Part shown: positions 63,301-64,000 of the stretch, in pieces
How the letters are laid out: each line of letters begins with the position of its first letter
Position numbering within the stretch: the stretch's first letter is position 1
From: Elusimicrobia bacterium CG1_02_56_21
GTDB lineage: Bacteria > Elusimicrobiota > Elusimicrobia > Elusimicrobiales > UBA9959
Direction: 5' to 3'
Assembly (NCBI GenBank): GCA_001871115.1
Contig: MNUR01000126.1
Span: 10,057-74,056, forward strand
DNA: 64,000 nucleotides
The notes under the pieces: generated by a model
Told to the model about the DNA's origin: nothing
The model's database searches: none
Seen by the model: the letters and a program-made list of their open reading frames with translations, nothing else
Position numbers and translations under genes: made by a program

Positions 63301-63625
63301 CTACTTCGAACCTGACGGTGAACATCGCGAAGTTGGGCTGCGCCATGGAATAAACGTATTCTACGCCGGGGATCTCCCAGAGTTTGCGCTCGCCTACTTC
63401 TACAAGGTGTTTTTCTATTTCTTTAGGGGCGGCTCCGTAGAAGGGGACCATGATGTCGAACATGGGCACATTTATCTGGGGCTCTTCCTCGCGGGGGAGC
63501 TTGAAGGTGGAGAAGACTCCCAGCAGGATAAAGGTGATAATGAGTATCGGGGTAAGGCGGGAATTTATGAAATTCTCAGCTATGCGCCCCGCCATTCCGT
63601 ATTTTTTTTCTGTTTGGTTCTGCAT
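60365..63625 (-). CDS. RND efflux transporter permease (AcrB/CzcA superfamily)
   Basis: 1086 aa with 12-TM, two-large-loop architecture. GGAGGA lies 5 nt upstream of the ATG. Confidence 0.9.
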   Translation of the reverse strand: MQNQTEKKYGMAGRIAENFINSRLTPILIITFILLGVFSTFKLPREEEPQINVPMFDIMVPFYGAAPKEIEKHLVEVGERKLWEIPGVEYVYSMAQPNFAMFTVRFEVGTSPETAANLIYTKTFDNKDLFPGGAGEAIIKYRAIDDVPVLALTLWGEGKNDYELRRAAARIRTELNAVPNVSETRIIGGHKRQFIVHFHPAALARHRLTPPMLAGIIKMSNAKMPAGHYTQGGTRLLAETDAFIRSAGDLKNIIIGVYNGNPVKLSDVASIKDGPDEDEHSVTMLQGPASSVKAAGQRQAVTLSVAKRRGANATEVSRAVLAKAEVMKGHEIPDGINITVTRNYGETAKAKSDELIYHMLLATLSVTLLIALTLGLREAAVVLVAIPVTLALTMLVYYLYGYTLNRITLFALIFSIGILVDDAIVVVENINRHCILNRKNSLYRNILNAVDEVGNPTILATWTVIASILPMAFVSGMMGPYMRPIPIGASVAMLISLGVAFALTPWLYAKVVQRWPMKHCAHNKEGWLDRMYRNLMKNLIYNPAKGKIFLLFTAVLLAAALSMVAFRMVIFKTLPFDNKNEFQVIINMPESSSLSRTEKAAGEMAAFLSGVPEVRDMQVYAGASAPYNFNGLVRHYFLRSEPYQADIQVNLSDKKERKRASHDIAVAVREPLKKIADSYGARLQVAEVPPGPPVLGTIVIEAFDPNPKNQKALAEDIINLLKKTEGIVDVDSYIPEKQPITRLLVDRQKATLNGVAAAEIVQTAALSLSGSDIDSAHVEDEGEAVNIRLRLSPEKRRRLETLKEINFFSPNGTSIPMSSFVQAENGFENQPIYHKNLQRVIYVTADIAGGTESPVYAVLDLKTQIDALSRARGAEINQYFTRQPLSASETAIKWDGEWQITYEVFRDLGLAFAMVLVLIYILVVAWFEDFLTPLIIMAAIPMALIGIIPAHWGMNAFFTATSMIGFIASAGIVVRNSIILVDFINLKVREGMELKEAVIEAGVVRFRPMLLTALAVMVGAGVILFDPIFQGLAISLIAGQVAATLLSRVAVPVLYYLGFKGREHRLKPPAPEMSAGTDKALGATGE

Positions 63626-63692
63626 ATGTCCTCCAACTGTTAAAGCTTCCGGTTAAAAACCGCGGTGTGAAGTCGGGCGGCAGGGGATTATC

Positions 63693-63770
63693 CCGCGAAC
63701 CTGGAAGATGGAAACCGTAGCGCGGTTTCCCCCCGCAAGGCGGGGCCCCCCTTCCCCAAAGGGTTCGCGG
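63693..63770 (-). promoter_or_regulatory. 78-nt multi-stem structured element in the RND pump leader
   Basis: Closing stem CCGCGAACC/GGTTCGCGG (9 bp) encloses GGAAG/CTTCC (5 bp), GGAAACCG/CGGTTTCC (8 bp) and CCCCGC/GCGGGG (6 bp). Confidence 0.3.
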
Positions 63771-63815
63771 AGCAAATTCCCGGCCGCCTTCAGGTTCAGC
63801 TGATCGTCTATAGTT

Positions 63816-64000
63816 CTACTGGTCGCTTTGCTTCCCTAATTTATCCGACATTTCTTTTATGGCCGCTCCGTCCAGGGTTTCGGAGGCCAGCAGGGTCTGC
63901 GCGTGATAAAGATTTATTTTATAAAGAGTTTCGTAGTATCCGGCTTCGGCCTGCAGCACCGAAGCCTGGGCGCGCAGAACTTCAAGTACGCTCTGCCGGC
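63816..64000 (-). CDS. TolC-family outer membrane efflux protein, C-terminal end (partial)
   Basis: Hand translation of the minus strand gives ...RQSVLEVLRAQASVLQAEAGYYETLYKINLYHAQTLLASETLDGAAIKEMSDKLGKQSDQ*, an OEP-like C-terminus. It runs off the window. Confidence 0.6.
   Translation of the reverse strand, partial: RQSVLEVLRAQASVLQAEAGYYETLYKINLYHAQTLLASETLDGAAIKEMSDKLGKQSDQ

Overview
This is a GC-rich chromosomal segment from a bacterium I cannot name. It looks diderm: TolC-type outer-membrane factors, MacAB and RND efflux pumps, and KdsC are all present. Coding density is high and most genes are housekeeping.

Main gene content, in order:
- A NifU-like protein, a PHP phosphoesterase, a glycerophosphodiester phosphodiesterase and nadA.
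- An 11-gene nuoABCDHIJKLMN cluster on the minus strand. No nuoEFG lies between nuoD and nuoH, and a perfect sigma70-consensus promoter sits upstream.
- A short-form aconitase, trmO, a SAM methyltransferase, a GNAT acetyltransferase and folD.
- Two GT-C-like membrane proteins, one carrying TPR repeats.
- A multi-cofactor Fe-S flavoprotein with a DAO-family partner.
- A TolC-MacA-MacB operon, then dus and mutS.
- A small insert between mutS and mutL holding a truncated Na/Pi transporter gene, a five-repeat secreted protein and a CPBP protease.
- mutL, a TerC protein, a PAS protein, a nitroreductase, pyrC-pyrD-pyrF-pyrE, ccdA, kdsC and an epimerase.
- An AT-rich accessory-looking stretch with an excisionase-type HTH, an SPFH protein, and a DUF2089 plus SHOCT-like pair.
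- parA-parB, asd, and an RND pump preceded by a partial TolC-like gene.

I found no rRNA, tRNA, CRISPR array, transposase or integrase. I also did not recognise a complete novel multi-gene system such as a defence island.

The most unusual signals are non-coding or repeat-based:
1. A roughly 163-bp MITE-like element with 19-bp terminal inverted repeats, present twice in opposite orientations.
2. A purine-rich GGAGGA/GGAAGACC hairpin repeat family in three consecutive intergenic gaps.
3. Three identical 18-bp palindromes (TGTTTTCACGTGAAAACA) around parAB. They look like parS with one extra base pair per half-site.
4. A 78-nt multi-stem structure in the leader of the RND pump gene.
5. A secreted protein built from five roughly 55-aa repeats, and a lysine-rich tandem-repeat secreted protein.

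All calls rest on reading the sequence and the supplied ORF translations. No database search was run.
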